In this document: in pieces, positions 28,257 to 36,580 of the stretch
Position numbering within the stretch: position 1 is the stretch's first letter
How the letters are laid out: each line of letters opens with the position of its first letter
From: an uncultured Chthonomonadaceae bacterium
GTDB lineage: Bacteria > Armatimonadota > Chthonomonadetes > Chthonomonadales > Chthonomonadaceae
Assembly: GCA_963835065.1 (NCBI GenBank)
Contig: CAWIEK010000049.1
Location: forward strand, 352,001 to 416,000
Length of the DNA stretch: 64,000 bases
Reading direction: 5' to 3'
The notes under the pieces: model-generated
Database searches by the model: none
What the model was told of the DNA's origin: nothing
Seen by the model: only the letters and a program-made list of their open reading frames with translations
Position numbers and translations under genes: made by a program

Positions 28257-29930
28257 ATGGACATATTCATCAAAGGCAAAGGCAAAGTGTCGCTGGGGCA
28301 GGGAGATTTTGTGGCGCAGGGCGGGGAGGGAGCCGTTTACGCGAAGGGCGATACCGCTTACAAGATTTATGGCGATCCGGGCAAGATGATTGCGCCTGCG
28401 AAAATTCAGGAATTGTCCGCGCTGTCGCTGCCGACGATTATTCGTCCCTGCGATGTGCTGCTGGACAGGAGCAATATGCCGATTGGCTATTCCATGCCCC
28501 GCGTCAGGGATGCAGTTGCGCTGTGCCAGGCGTTTACCCGCGCGTTTCGGGAACGGAACAATCTGACACCTGACGCGATGCTGGCGCTGGTGCGCAAACT
28601 TCAGGAGGGCGTTCAGCATGTGCATGACAGGGGGATGCTGATCGTTGATTTGAACGAGATGAACTTTCTGCTGGACGCGAAACTGAGCGACGTGCTGTTT
28701 ATTGACGTGGACAGTTACCAGACGCCCGGCTTCAAGGCCACCGCGCTGATGGACAGCGTCCGCGACCGCCATTGCCACAACAACCAATTCACGCCGGATA
28801 CGGATTGGTTTTCGTTCGGCATCGTCAGCTTTCAAATGTTTATCGGCATCCATCCGTACAAGGGCAAGCATCCGAGCATTGCCGATATGGACGCGCGCAT
28901 GTTGCAGAACATCAGCGCGTTGAACAAAGCGGTAACTGTTCCCAAAGTGTGTTACGCTTTTGATGTGATTCCGCAGGCGTATCTTTGCTGGTACAGGGCC
29001 GTGTTCGAGGGGGGAAAGCGGTGCGCGCCGCCGTTCGATTTGAACGCGCCCGTGCTGCTGTCGCCCACCGTGCAGCGCGTGACCGGCAGCGACAAACTGC
29101 AAGTCCGGGCGCTCGGCGTGTTTCCCGCGCCGCTGATTCTGCCCATCCCGCAGGCAGGCCCGTTGTGCGGCGTGACCGCGCAGGGCGTCACTTTGCGCGG
29201 CAAGGTTCTGGTTCCCGACAGCAACGCCCGTATTATTTTCACGCCGCGCATGAACACGCTGCTTGCGGCCACACTGCAAAGTGGAAAAGTGCGCTTCTTC
29301 GACATCATGCAGAACAAAGCGCTTGCGGGGGAACTCGACGCGGAAGCCATGACCACGTATGGCAATCGGCTGACCCTCAAAAACGGCATGGGATTGTACG
29401 AAGTGGAGTTTCTGGAACTGACCAATGCGCCGCAACCGATGCTGAAAATGATTGCCAACGTTCTGCCCAACGCCACGCAGGTATTTGATGGCATGGCGGT
29501 ACAAAACCTGCTCGGCGCGGCCTATGTTTCGCTGTTTCCCCGCGCCGGCCATTGCCATTCGGTTCGCATCAAGGAGTTGGACGGGCATCGGATCGTAGAC
29601 GGCAAATTCGACAACAACGTCCTGATGCTTGTCGGGGAACGCAGCGGCGTGTATACAAAATATATCCTGCGCTTCGACACATCCTATGCCACTTACGACA
29701 TACGCATCATCAACGACATTGCATACGCAGGCTTGAACTTCGTCACGCTGGACAACGGCATCTGCCTGCATCTAAACGAGAACGAAGAACTGGAAATCTT
29801 TGCCAGCCGCATCCACGCGAACGGCCTGAACATCCTTGCCGACGCCACCTTGCAGGACGCACGCCTGTTCAAGCACGGCACACAAGCCCTGTTCAGCCGA
29901 AACGACACGCTTTACAGCATGAAAATGTAG
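28257..29930 (+). CDS. Ser/Thr protein kinase (TerY-P type) with beta-rich C-terminal region
   Basis: QGGEGAVY, AYKIY, IVDLNEMN, IDVDSYQ, DWFSFG…GIHPYKG. Confidence 0.88.
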   Translation: MDIFIKGKGKVSLGQGDFVAQGGEGAVYAKGDTAYKIYGDPGKMIAPAKIQELSALSLPTIIRPCDVLLDRSNMPIGYSMPRVRDAVALCQAFTRAFRERNNLTPDAMLALVRKLQEGVQHVHDRGMLIVDLNEMNFLLDAKLSDVLFIDVDSYQTPGFKATALMDSVRDRHCHNNQFTPDTDWFSFGIVSFQMFIGIHPYKGKHPSIADMDARMLQNISALNKAVTVPKVCYAFDVIPQAYLCWYRAVFEGGKRCAPPFDLNAPVLLSPTVQRVTGSDKLQVRALGVFPAPLILPIPQAGPLCGVTAQGVTLRGKVLVPDSNARIIFTPRMNTLLAATLQSGKVRFFDIMQNKALAGELDAEAMTTYGNRLTLKNGMGLYEVEFLELTNAPQPMLKMIANVLPNATQVFDGMAVQNLLGAAYVSLFPRAGHCHSVRIKELDGHRIVDGKFDNNVLMLVGERSGVYTKYILRFDTSYATYDIRIINDIAYAGLNFVTLDNGICLHLNENEELEIFASRIHANGLNILADATLQDARLFKHGTQALFSRNDTLYSMKM

Positions 29931-29968
29931 TAGTCGCCAATGTCTGCATAAGTACCGGAGGATTTACA

Positions 29969-31117
29969 ATGATTTTCATTCGTCCGCCCCTCTTGTGGGG
30001 CTTACTTATCATTTGCGTAGGCTCACTTAGTCAGACCAAATTGCCGTTTGCTTCGATGCGCGTTCATACCGGACATTCTGAGTCGTTGCCCGTTCGCACA
30101 GAGGCTGTACCTATGTACAAACTTGTCGAACTCGAAGTTTTGCCGAATTGTGAAAACAACCACCCCGCCGCTATAAACGCGCAGGGGCAGGTGACAGGCA
30201 TCTGTTACTGGGCAAATGACCGTAACCGCTCTTATGTATGGACAAAGGGAGCGCTGCGCGATCTTGGTTCTTTGGGAAACAAACAGTGTGACGCGCAATC
30301 CCTCAATGATGCAGGACAGATCGTAGGCATGTCACCTCTCAGCATTGGCGGCAGCCACGCCTTTCTATGGCAACGCGGACATATCACTGATCTTGGAACG
30401 CTAGGCGGACGCAATAGTTTTGCTTGCAGCATCAACAACAAAGGGCATATACTTGGTGATGCAGAAACAGCCAACGGCAAAGCACAGCCGGTTTTATGGG
30501 ATAAAAACGGCGTACATGATTTGAGCGCCCTTATTCCGTCCGGCAGCAGGCTTGTTGCCATCAATGATCAGGAACAAATCGTTGGCTGGACAAGAACAAG
30601 CACAGCAACGGTTGGTTTCCTGCTGGATCATGGCAAACTAACACGCATCGCTCCGATGAAAACTCGCTACTGTCTTGTCAATGGCATCAATGCGCAAGGT
30701 GACATAGTAGGATTGTATGAAGCAGGCTCCTATACGCGCGCTTTTCTCTGGCGGCATGGCAACACAACGGATTTGGGCATGCTGCACGGCGGCAATAGCA
30801 GTTCGGCGCGTGGCATCAATAATAAGGGGCAGATTGTCGGCATTGCGTTTACAAATAAAGACGTTGGACACGCTTTTCTCTGGCAAAACGGCAAAATGCT
30901 CGACCTCAATGAACATATCACGGAGGGCAGCGCATGGAGATTGGAATGTGCCGTCAGCATAAACGATACTGGTGAAATCGTGGGTATAGGCTGGCATAAG
31001 GATAAGCTGACCGGCTTTTTGCTTATCCCAACACGCGCCGAAAATCAACAACTCCCCATGTTCCCTACTTCTGCTTCACTTTGGAAATCCGTTTCGTGGG
31101 AGAGGATTGGGTTTTAG
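29969..31117 (+). CDS. Exported HAF-repeat (beta-propeller) protein
   Basis: Repeated HAFLW…DLGTLGG..S.A..IN..GQIVG; GGAGG RBS before ATG 29969. Confidence 0.9.
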   Translation: MIFIRPPLLWGLLIICVGSLSQTKLPFASMRVHTGHSESLPVRTEAVPMYKLVELEVLPNCENNHPAAINAQGQVTGICYWANDRNRSYVWTKGALRDLGSLGNKQCDAQSLNDAGQIVGMSPLSIGGSHAFLWQRGHITDLGTLGGRNSFACSINNKGHILGDAETANGKAQPVLWDKNGVHDLSALIPSGSRLVAINDQEQIVGWTRTSTATVGFLLDHGKLTRIAPMKTRYCLVNGINAQGDIVGLYEAGSYTRAFLWRHGNTTDLGMLHGGNSSSARGINNKGQIVGIAFTNKDVGHAFLWQNGKMLDLNEHITEGSAWRLECAVSINDTGEIVGIGWHKDKLTGFLLIPTRAENQQLPMFPTSASLWKSVSWERIGF

Positions 31118-31123
31118 TATTAG

Positions 31124-31166
31124 CCCCTCTCCCATGCTTTTTTGGGAGAGGGGTTGGGGTGAGGGC
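31124..31166. repeat. REP-like CCCTCTCCC…GGGAGAGGGG hairpin between convergent genes
   Basis: Read directly; related copy inside the PP2C gene at 27485-27531. Confidence 0.7.
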
Positions 31167-31167
31167 T

Positions 31168-32439
31168 TCACTTGCCTGCCGGGGAAAACTCTATTAAGAA
31201 CGTCGGATTGATTTGATTGGTGTTGTACACAATCATCTCGTTGTTAGCGACGCCGGATTTACCGCCGATGGCAAAGGTGCTGTCTGTGCCGGGTTTGGGC
31301 AAGGCTTGCGAGGGGCCGGGCGGCGTGTAGGAAACGCCCATTGCCACTTCGCACAGGAACATATAGCAGTTGTCCTGCCGCTTGCCGTCCCAAAATCCAA
31401 AGGCGTAATTGAGCGACTTGGTGGACTGGTCGCTGAAATAAGCGCCATTGCCAAACATTCTCCCGGTTACGAACGGCGCGTTGGTGGGCGGGATGTAAAA
31501 GCCGGTTTTCAGGATGGACAGCAGGTTGGAGGCTTTCGTGCCGTGCCATAGCTCCTGCACGTTGCCTACTTTGCAGCCTTCCACAAACGCGCGCTGCATG
31601 GCCGTGATTTCTACGGAAAACACGCGCTTCACGTCCAGATGGGCGCAGGCATGCATGGCTTGCAGCGTGGCGTGGTACCTGGCGCGGATGCGGGCGATCT
31701 GAGCGGCCTCATCCACCAGATTCAGCTTGGCCTCGAACAACTTGGGCAGGGGCGCTTGCGCTTCATTTTCGGGCGCGGAAAGCACGGTTTGCAGGCTGGC
31801 TTCCAGCCCGTCCAGAATGTTGTTTTGCGCCTGTACTGCTTCCAAATCCGGGTACAGGACTTTCGGGTCGGGCCGGCCCCTGCCGATATTTTGGGGCACG
31901 AGCATCAGGTAATCGTTGAGTTTGTGGAGGAAGCAGGTATTGCCGTAATCCTGCGCGTGAACGAAAGCGCTGATGTCGGTCAACAATTCCCGCGCTTCCT
32001 CAATCGCGTCCGCCGTCACGATGCCGAGCGGCGTGGAAAACGTTCCCCGGCTCGTATCGTACTGCATGGTCGTGGCCTGCAAAATGCTGTGGATGTTGGC
32101 TTTGGCGAGATACGTCACGAGCGCCAGCGTTTCAGGCGAGTTGGTCACAATCTGGCTTTTGGCGACATCGGCCAGCTTGTCGTTTTCCATCGTTTTGGAA
32201 GACGCGCCGTTGCCCAGTGTTTTCTGCGGCTTGTAGCCCTTGCCCTCTTTTTCACGGCACTTGCTGTTGAAGAATGTTTCGCTTGCGCCCGCGAACGACT
32301 TGCTTTGCCCATTCTCCCCTACCCGCCCCCACTGCGTTTCGCAAGTTTGATCGTCGAACAGGCGGATGTTCCAGAACTTGTTGTTGTTGTTTTCCAGACT
32401 GGTCAGAATGTAGCGGGCTTCCTTCACCATTGTTGACAT
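31168..32439 (-). CDS. Bacterial poly(ADP-ribose) polymerase: WGR + helical regulatory-like region + PARP catalytic domain
   Basis: NNNKFW…QWGRVG; LWHGT; GRMFGNGAYFSD..TKSLNY; LCEVAMG; NNEMIVY (H-Y-E triad); AAGGAGG RBS. Confidence 0.92.
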   Translation of the reverse strand: MSTMVKEARYILTSLENNNNKFWNIRLFDDQTCETQWGRVGENGQSKSFAGASETFFNSKCREKEGKGYKPQKTLGNGASSKTMENDKLADVAKSQIVTNSPETLALVTYLAKANIHSILQATTMQYDTSRGTFSTPLGIVTADAIEEARELLTDISAFVHAQDYGNTCFLHKLNDYLMLVPQNIGRGRPDPKVLYPDLEAVQAQNNILDGLEASLQTVLSAPENEAQAPLPKLFEAKLNLVDEAAQIARIRARYHATLQAMHACAHLDVKRVFSVEITAMQRAFVEGCKVGNVQELWHGTKASNLLSILKTGFYIPPTNAPFVTGRMFGNGAYFSDQSTKSLNYAFGFWDGKRQDNCYMFLCEVAMGVSYTPPGPSQALPKPGTDSTFAIGGKSGVANNEMIVYNTNQINPTFLIEFSPAGK

Positions 32440-32564
32440 TGTTTGTTACCTCCTTGCATTGGCTTGCAGCGAGTGAGAACAGCGTTGTTGAGATTATGCT
32501 GTTTCACTACTCGCGCCGCGCCGCAGGAGGAAAGCCCATGTCCACAATTTTGATTTTTTCTTAC

Positions 32565-32912
32565 TCAGTTCGATACGTTCAGCACATTTACCAGCAGTCG
32601 AACAACCTCATTTGTTTTATCAGCCTTCAGCCGTCCCAATCTGCGCTTGATGAAAGTTCCGTCCACAGCAAAGGTGTAGGTGGGTCGAATATAACACGTC
32701 GCGCTGAGTTTGCCTTCCGCCATATCATTCGGCTCCAACGGCATGATGTACGGGTCTTCTTCGTTTTGCGTCGTGACCAGACAAACCAGATAGTCTGTGC
32801 CATTAAAATACGGCCATGAAGCCAAAATGAGCGCAGGCCGTACCTTGTAATCAGCGTCACTGGAGAACGGAAACGGAACCCATACTAAATCTCCTCGGCT
32901 ATAGTCCGCCAC
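32565..32912 (-). CDS. PemK/MazF-family toxin
   Basis: RGDLVWVPFPFS….KVRPALIL…ITT-like segment, LGRL. Confidence 0.85.
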   Translation of the reverse strand: MADYSRGDLVWVPFPFSSDADYKVRPALILASWPYFNGTDYLVCLVTTQNEEDPYIMPLEPNDMAEGKLSATCYIRPTYTFAVDGTFIKRRLGRLKADKTNEVVRLLVNVLNVSN

Positions 32913-33151
32913 GCCTGATCCTCCTGCGCATTATCCCAAAACTTACGAAGCGTTGCTTCAGCGGCAAAGGCAGTCATTTTTGCCGGCTCAATGGGGGTAT
33001 CCGCAATCTCGAAAGTTTCACCTTCGGGTGTGGTAATGGTTACAGGTGAGCATGGTTTGAGCAACACTCGCCCATTACTACCCGTCTCCTCATCAACCTG
33101 CTTCGGCTGCCCGTTCTTAAACTCAGCCATATCTACTTTTGCAATAGTCAT
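32885..33151 (-). CDS. Putative antitoxin upstream of the MazF-like toxin
   Basis: Small acidic ORF overlapping the toxin start; C-terminal E..L.KFWD..QEDQAW motif. Confidence 0.65.
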   Translation of the reverse strand: MTIAKVDMAEFKNGQPKQVDEETGSNGRVLLKPCSPVTITTPEGETFEIADTPIEPAKMTAFAAEATLRKFWDNAQEDQAWRTIAEEI

Positions 33152-33272
33152 GTTGCTCTGCCTCTCCAAAATTAACCAACGCCTTTCCGCCTATCACCCT
33201 CCGACAGTCGGCGGAATGTCAAGACGCAAAGGCGTTGCAAAATATCGCTTACCAGTCTCAAATACAGCGATG

Positions 33273-34697
33273 TCAGGCGATTATTTTTGTGGCAACTTCC
33301 CCGGCTACGTCGGTGAGGCGGTAGTCGCGCCCGCCGTAGCGGTACGTTAGACGCTTGTGGTCTATGCCGAGCAGGTGCAGCATCGTGGCGTGAAGGTCGT
33401 GGATGTGCATTTTATCTTCCACCGCGTAATAGCCGTAATCGTCCGTTGCGCCGTAAACAAAGCCGGGTTTCACGCCGCCGCCCGCCATCCAGCAGCAGAA
33501 GCCGTGCGGGTTGTGGTCGCGCCCGTCGTTGCCCTGCGCAGTCGGCGTCCGTCCGAACTCCCCGCCCCACAAAACAAGCGTATCTTCCAGAAGGCCGCGC
33601 TGTTTCAAATCCTGCAGGAGCGCGGCAATGGGTTTGTCCACTTCCCGCGCGTTGTTGGTATGCCCGTTCTTCAAATCGCCGTGCTGATCCCATTTGTAGC
33701 TGTGGGTGCATTGCACGAAGCGAACGCCCTTTTCGCAGAACCGCCGCGCCAGCAGGCATTGCCGCCCGAAGTTGTCCGTTGGCCCCTGATTTATACCGTA
33801 CATATCCAGCGTAGCCTGCAATTCGTGGGAAATATCCATCAGGCTTGGCGCTTCCGTCTGCATACGGAAGGCCAGTTCAAACGATTGGATGCGCCCTTCC
33901 AATTGCGGGTCGCTGCCAAAGTGCTTCAGTTGATCCTCGTTCATACCCTTCAGCATGTCTAACTGCATCCGCTGCAAATCGCTCGTCACGTCGTTATTGC
34001 GGATGTAATTGATAGCGGCGGACTTCGCGGGAATACTGGCGTTGCCGATGGGAGTTCCCTGAAACGCGGCGGGCAAAAACGCGCTCGACCAGTTCTGTAC
34101 GCCGCCGTGTCCGAGCGTGGGGCAGATGGTAATAAAACCGGGCAAATTCTGGTTTTCGCTGCCCAATCCATACGTAATCCACGATCCCATGCTGGGGCGA
34201 ATAAACGTGTCGGAACCCGTGTGCATGGCAAGCAATGCGCCACCATGCGCCGGATTACTGCCATAAAGGGAACGAACCACGCATAAATCATCCACATGCT
34301 GCGCCACATTGGGAAACAAATCGGACACTTCGATGCCCGACTGCCCGTACTTCTTGAACTCCCAGGGCGAGCCGAGCAGATTGCCTGTCTGCGCAAACTG
34401 AACGCGCGGCTTTTCGCCTGGGAAGGGCTTGCCGCTGTCCCGCGTCAGCAAGGGTTTGGGATCAAACGTGTCCACCTGCGACGGCCCGCCGTGCATGAAC
34501 AAATAAATCACGCGCTTGGCGCGGGGCGCAAACATCGGCGCGTGGGGAGCCATCGGGTTCAGCGATTTGCCGGAAACAGCATTTGCGGCCTGTGATTGTT
34601 CGGCCATCAAGCCAAGCAAAGCCGTCAGGCCGAAGCCCGTGCCGCATTGTGCCAGCATTTCCCGGCGTGTTCGTGGCTGTCGTAGATAATGACTCAT
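33273..34697 (-). CDS. DUF1501 domain protein (sulfatase-like, Tat-type leader)
   Basis: RREML, AKRVIYLFMHGGPSQVDTFDPKP, RPSMGSW, WDQH, WGGEFGRTP, GRDHNP. Confidence 0.92.
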   Translation of the reverse strand: MSHYLRQPRTRREMLAQCGTGFGLTALLGLMAEQSQAANAVSGKSLNPMAPHAPMFAPRAKRVIYLFMHGGPSQVDTFDPKPLLTRDSGKPFPGEKPRVQFAQTGNLLGSPWEFKKYGQSGIEVSDLFPNVAQHVDDLCVVRSLYGSNPAHGGALLAMHTGSDTFIRPSMGSWITYGLGSENQNLPGFITICPTLGHGGVQNWSSAFLPAAFQGTPIGNASIPAKSAAINYIRNNDVTSDLQRMQLDMLKGMNEDQLKHFGSDPQLEGRIQSFELAFRMQTEAPSLMDISHELQATLDMYGINQGPTDNFGRQCLLARRFCEKGVRFVQCTHSYKWDQHGDLKNGHTNNAREVDKPIAALLQDLKQRGLLEDTLVLWGGEFGRTPTAQGNDGRDHNPHGFCCWMAGGGVKPGFVYGATDDYGYYAVEDKMHIHDLHATMLHLLGIDHKRLTYRYGGRDYRLTDVAGEVATKIIA

Positions 34698-34868
34698 ACC
34701 TGCCAATCCTTCCCCTCTGGTTTCGCCCTGCATCTCGCTGTTTGTGGTTAGTTTCCCTATGGTTGTATTATACAACGCGCAGGCCACAGGATGCCGCCGT
34801 ATTTGTCGGCTTTCTCCTTTTTTGGAGGCACAAAATCATCGGATGTTTCAGCTATTCTGCGTTTCCGC

Positions 34869-35276
34869 TTACAAATGCGCGTCCAGTTCGGCGTGAGCGG
34901 CAGCGACATTGGCCTGATGATGCGCCAGTCCGTCCCGTATCTGCTGAATCGCGATGGTTGGGTCTTCCACTTCGATGACCAGTTTCTTGTAGCGCTCGTC
35001 GTGCAGCGAAATGACAATCGCCTTTGCCTTGTCGCGCACATCCCAGAAGACCCATTCGCCTTCCTGATAGAACGTTCCCGCCCGGAACACGTTGGGAACG
35101 GCTGTGCCGCCCATTTTAAGTCCCTCAAACCAGCCCATCGGCGGGTTCGGTTCGGCCTGCGCGTCGGAAATGTGCGCCAGTGGTATTTCCAGCCGGCTCT
35201 TCAAAGCCCACAGTTTGTCCCATCCCTGTACTTCCAGATGCAGTTTGTCGCCTTCCACGCTGAGTAAAACCATCAT
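34869..35276 (-). CDS. Hypothetical protein
   Basis: Protein-like ORF (KLWALKSRLEIPL…GTFY…FWDV) within a minus-strand gene run. Confidence 0.65.
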   Translation of the reverse strand: MMVLLSVEGDKLHLEVQGWDKLWALKSRLEIPLAHISDAQAEPNPPMGWFEGLKMGGTAVPNVFRAGTFYQEGEWVFWDVRDKAKAIVISLHDERYKKLVIEVEDPTIAIQQIRDGLAHHQANVAAAHAELDAHL

Positions 35277-35327
35277 AGCCCTCCCGTTCTGATCCCTGTA
35301 GGAATATCCCTCCAAGCATTGACAGCC

Positions 35328-35903
35328 TCAACCCTCTTGTTGTTTCTTCTTCACGAAATCCAGCATCCAGAGACAGGCCAGTTTTGTCGCGCCCAATTCG
35401 TTGAAAATGTGGTTGCGTTGCTCGCTTGACTTCACCGCTGACAGATGCCTTGAATTCATGCCGATAGCGGCTGCGAACGCCTGCTGCGTAACTCCCTGCT
35501 TCTTCAGTTCTTGGAGCAGTTCGTCCAGCGTAACGCCTTCCAGATAAGCCGCCACATCGGGAGTATTCTTTACCTGTTCGCGCGTCCTGGTTTCAACCGC
35601 CACAAAGCTGTCCGGTTCGTTCAGAAACGTAATTGCTAAAGCATGGCAGTGGTAACAGTAGCCGCCCTTGCCGATGTAACAACTGCATGAGGACCGCAGC
35701 CCTCCATCAAGGGCTTCCAGCGTCACCGTATAGGTTCCGTGATTCCCCTCTACTTTCGCTGTGATGTTTTTGCCGCGTCGTTTCCGCTCCCGAAACTGGC
35801 CGACATAGCCCAAAGTTTTGCTGTCCGGCGGCTCCAGCCAACGCAGTTTCACACCTTGCGCCAATAGTTGTATATCTTCTTCCGGCATTGTTGTCCTCTT
35901 CAT
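35328..35903 (-). CDS. SWIM zinc-finger protein with C-terminal Xre-like HTH
   Basis: CSC-x7-CYH SWIM motif; GVTQQAFAAAIGMNSRHLS helix-turn-helix. Confidence 0.75.
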   Translation of the reverse strand: MKRTTMPEEDIQLLAQGVKLRWLEPPDSKTLGYVGQFRERKRRGKNITAKVEGNHGTYTVTLEALDGGLRSSCSCYIGKGGYCYHCHALAITFLNEPDSFVAVETRTREQVKNTPDVAAYLEGVTLDELLQELKKQGVTQQAFAAAIGMNSRHLSAVKSSEQRNHIFNELGATKLACLWMLDFVKKKQQEG

Positions 35904-36493
35904 GCGTCTGTCTCAGGGGCAGGAACAGGCGGAAATGTCACTTTGTCATAGATTTCAATCAAAGGTATGCGGCATTGAATGGCCGGCAGTTCCAGCGTAG
36001 CGTTCAATCCTCTATATTCCGTCAGCGTCCATTGCTCCCCCTGCCGCGCATAATGCTCCACCAGCGCCTGATGCTGCGCCACCATAATATACTCCTGAAG
36101 CGTTGGTATACGCCGGTAATGCGCGAATTTTCCGCCCCGGTCATAGGCTTCCGTCGTTGGCGAGAGAATTTCAAACAAAATGATGGGATTGAGAAGCGTG
36201 TCCGTATGCGAGTCGGCATACTGCGACGGCCCACAAACTACGCTGACATCCGGGTAAGCGTATTTGCCTGTGTCCTCTATTTGTACGCGCATATCACTCG
36301 TATGCGTTCTACAGGGACGCCCCTTGAGTTGAAAACGCAACTCTGCGCCGATATTTGACGCAATGGAGTCGTGTTCCTCACTTACGCCTGACATCGCGTA
36401 GATTTGCCCGTTGACGTACTCGCTTTTGGTTTCCGCCTTACGCTCCCATTCCAGGTACTGTTCCGGCGTGATGCCCGACAACACAGCAACCAT
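35900..36493 (-). CDS. Uma2-family (DUF820) endonuclease
   Basis: EYVNGQIYAMSG, YPDVSVVC, EILSPTTEAYDRGGKF..Y. Confidence 0.92.
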   Translation of the reverse strand: MVAVLSGITPEQYLEWERKAETKSEYVNGQIYAMSGVSEEHDSIASNIGAELRFQLKGRPCRTHTSDMRVQIEDTGKYAYPDVSVVCGPSQYADSHTDTLLNPIILFEILSPTTEAYDRGGKFAHYRRIPTLQEYIMVAQHQALVEHYARQGEQWTLTEYRGLNATLELPAIQCRIPLIEIYDKVTFPPVPAPETDA

Positions 36494-36580
36494 ACTCTAG
36501 CCTCCCTGCTTCTGTGTGCTAAGTTCCACTTTCTGTGAGACAAGTTCGACTCCACACCTTATTGTGTCCCAAATTGCCGC

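Noticed and set aside
29552..29968. N-terminal extension of the HAF protein overlapping the kinase
   Set aside because: Arg-rich alternative frame; a GGAGG RBS and signal-like segment support the start at 29969
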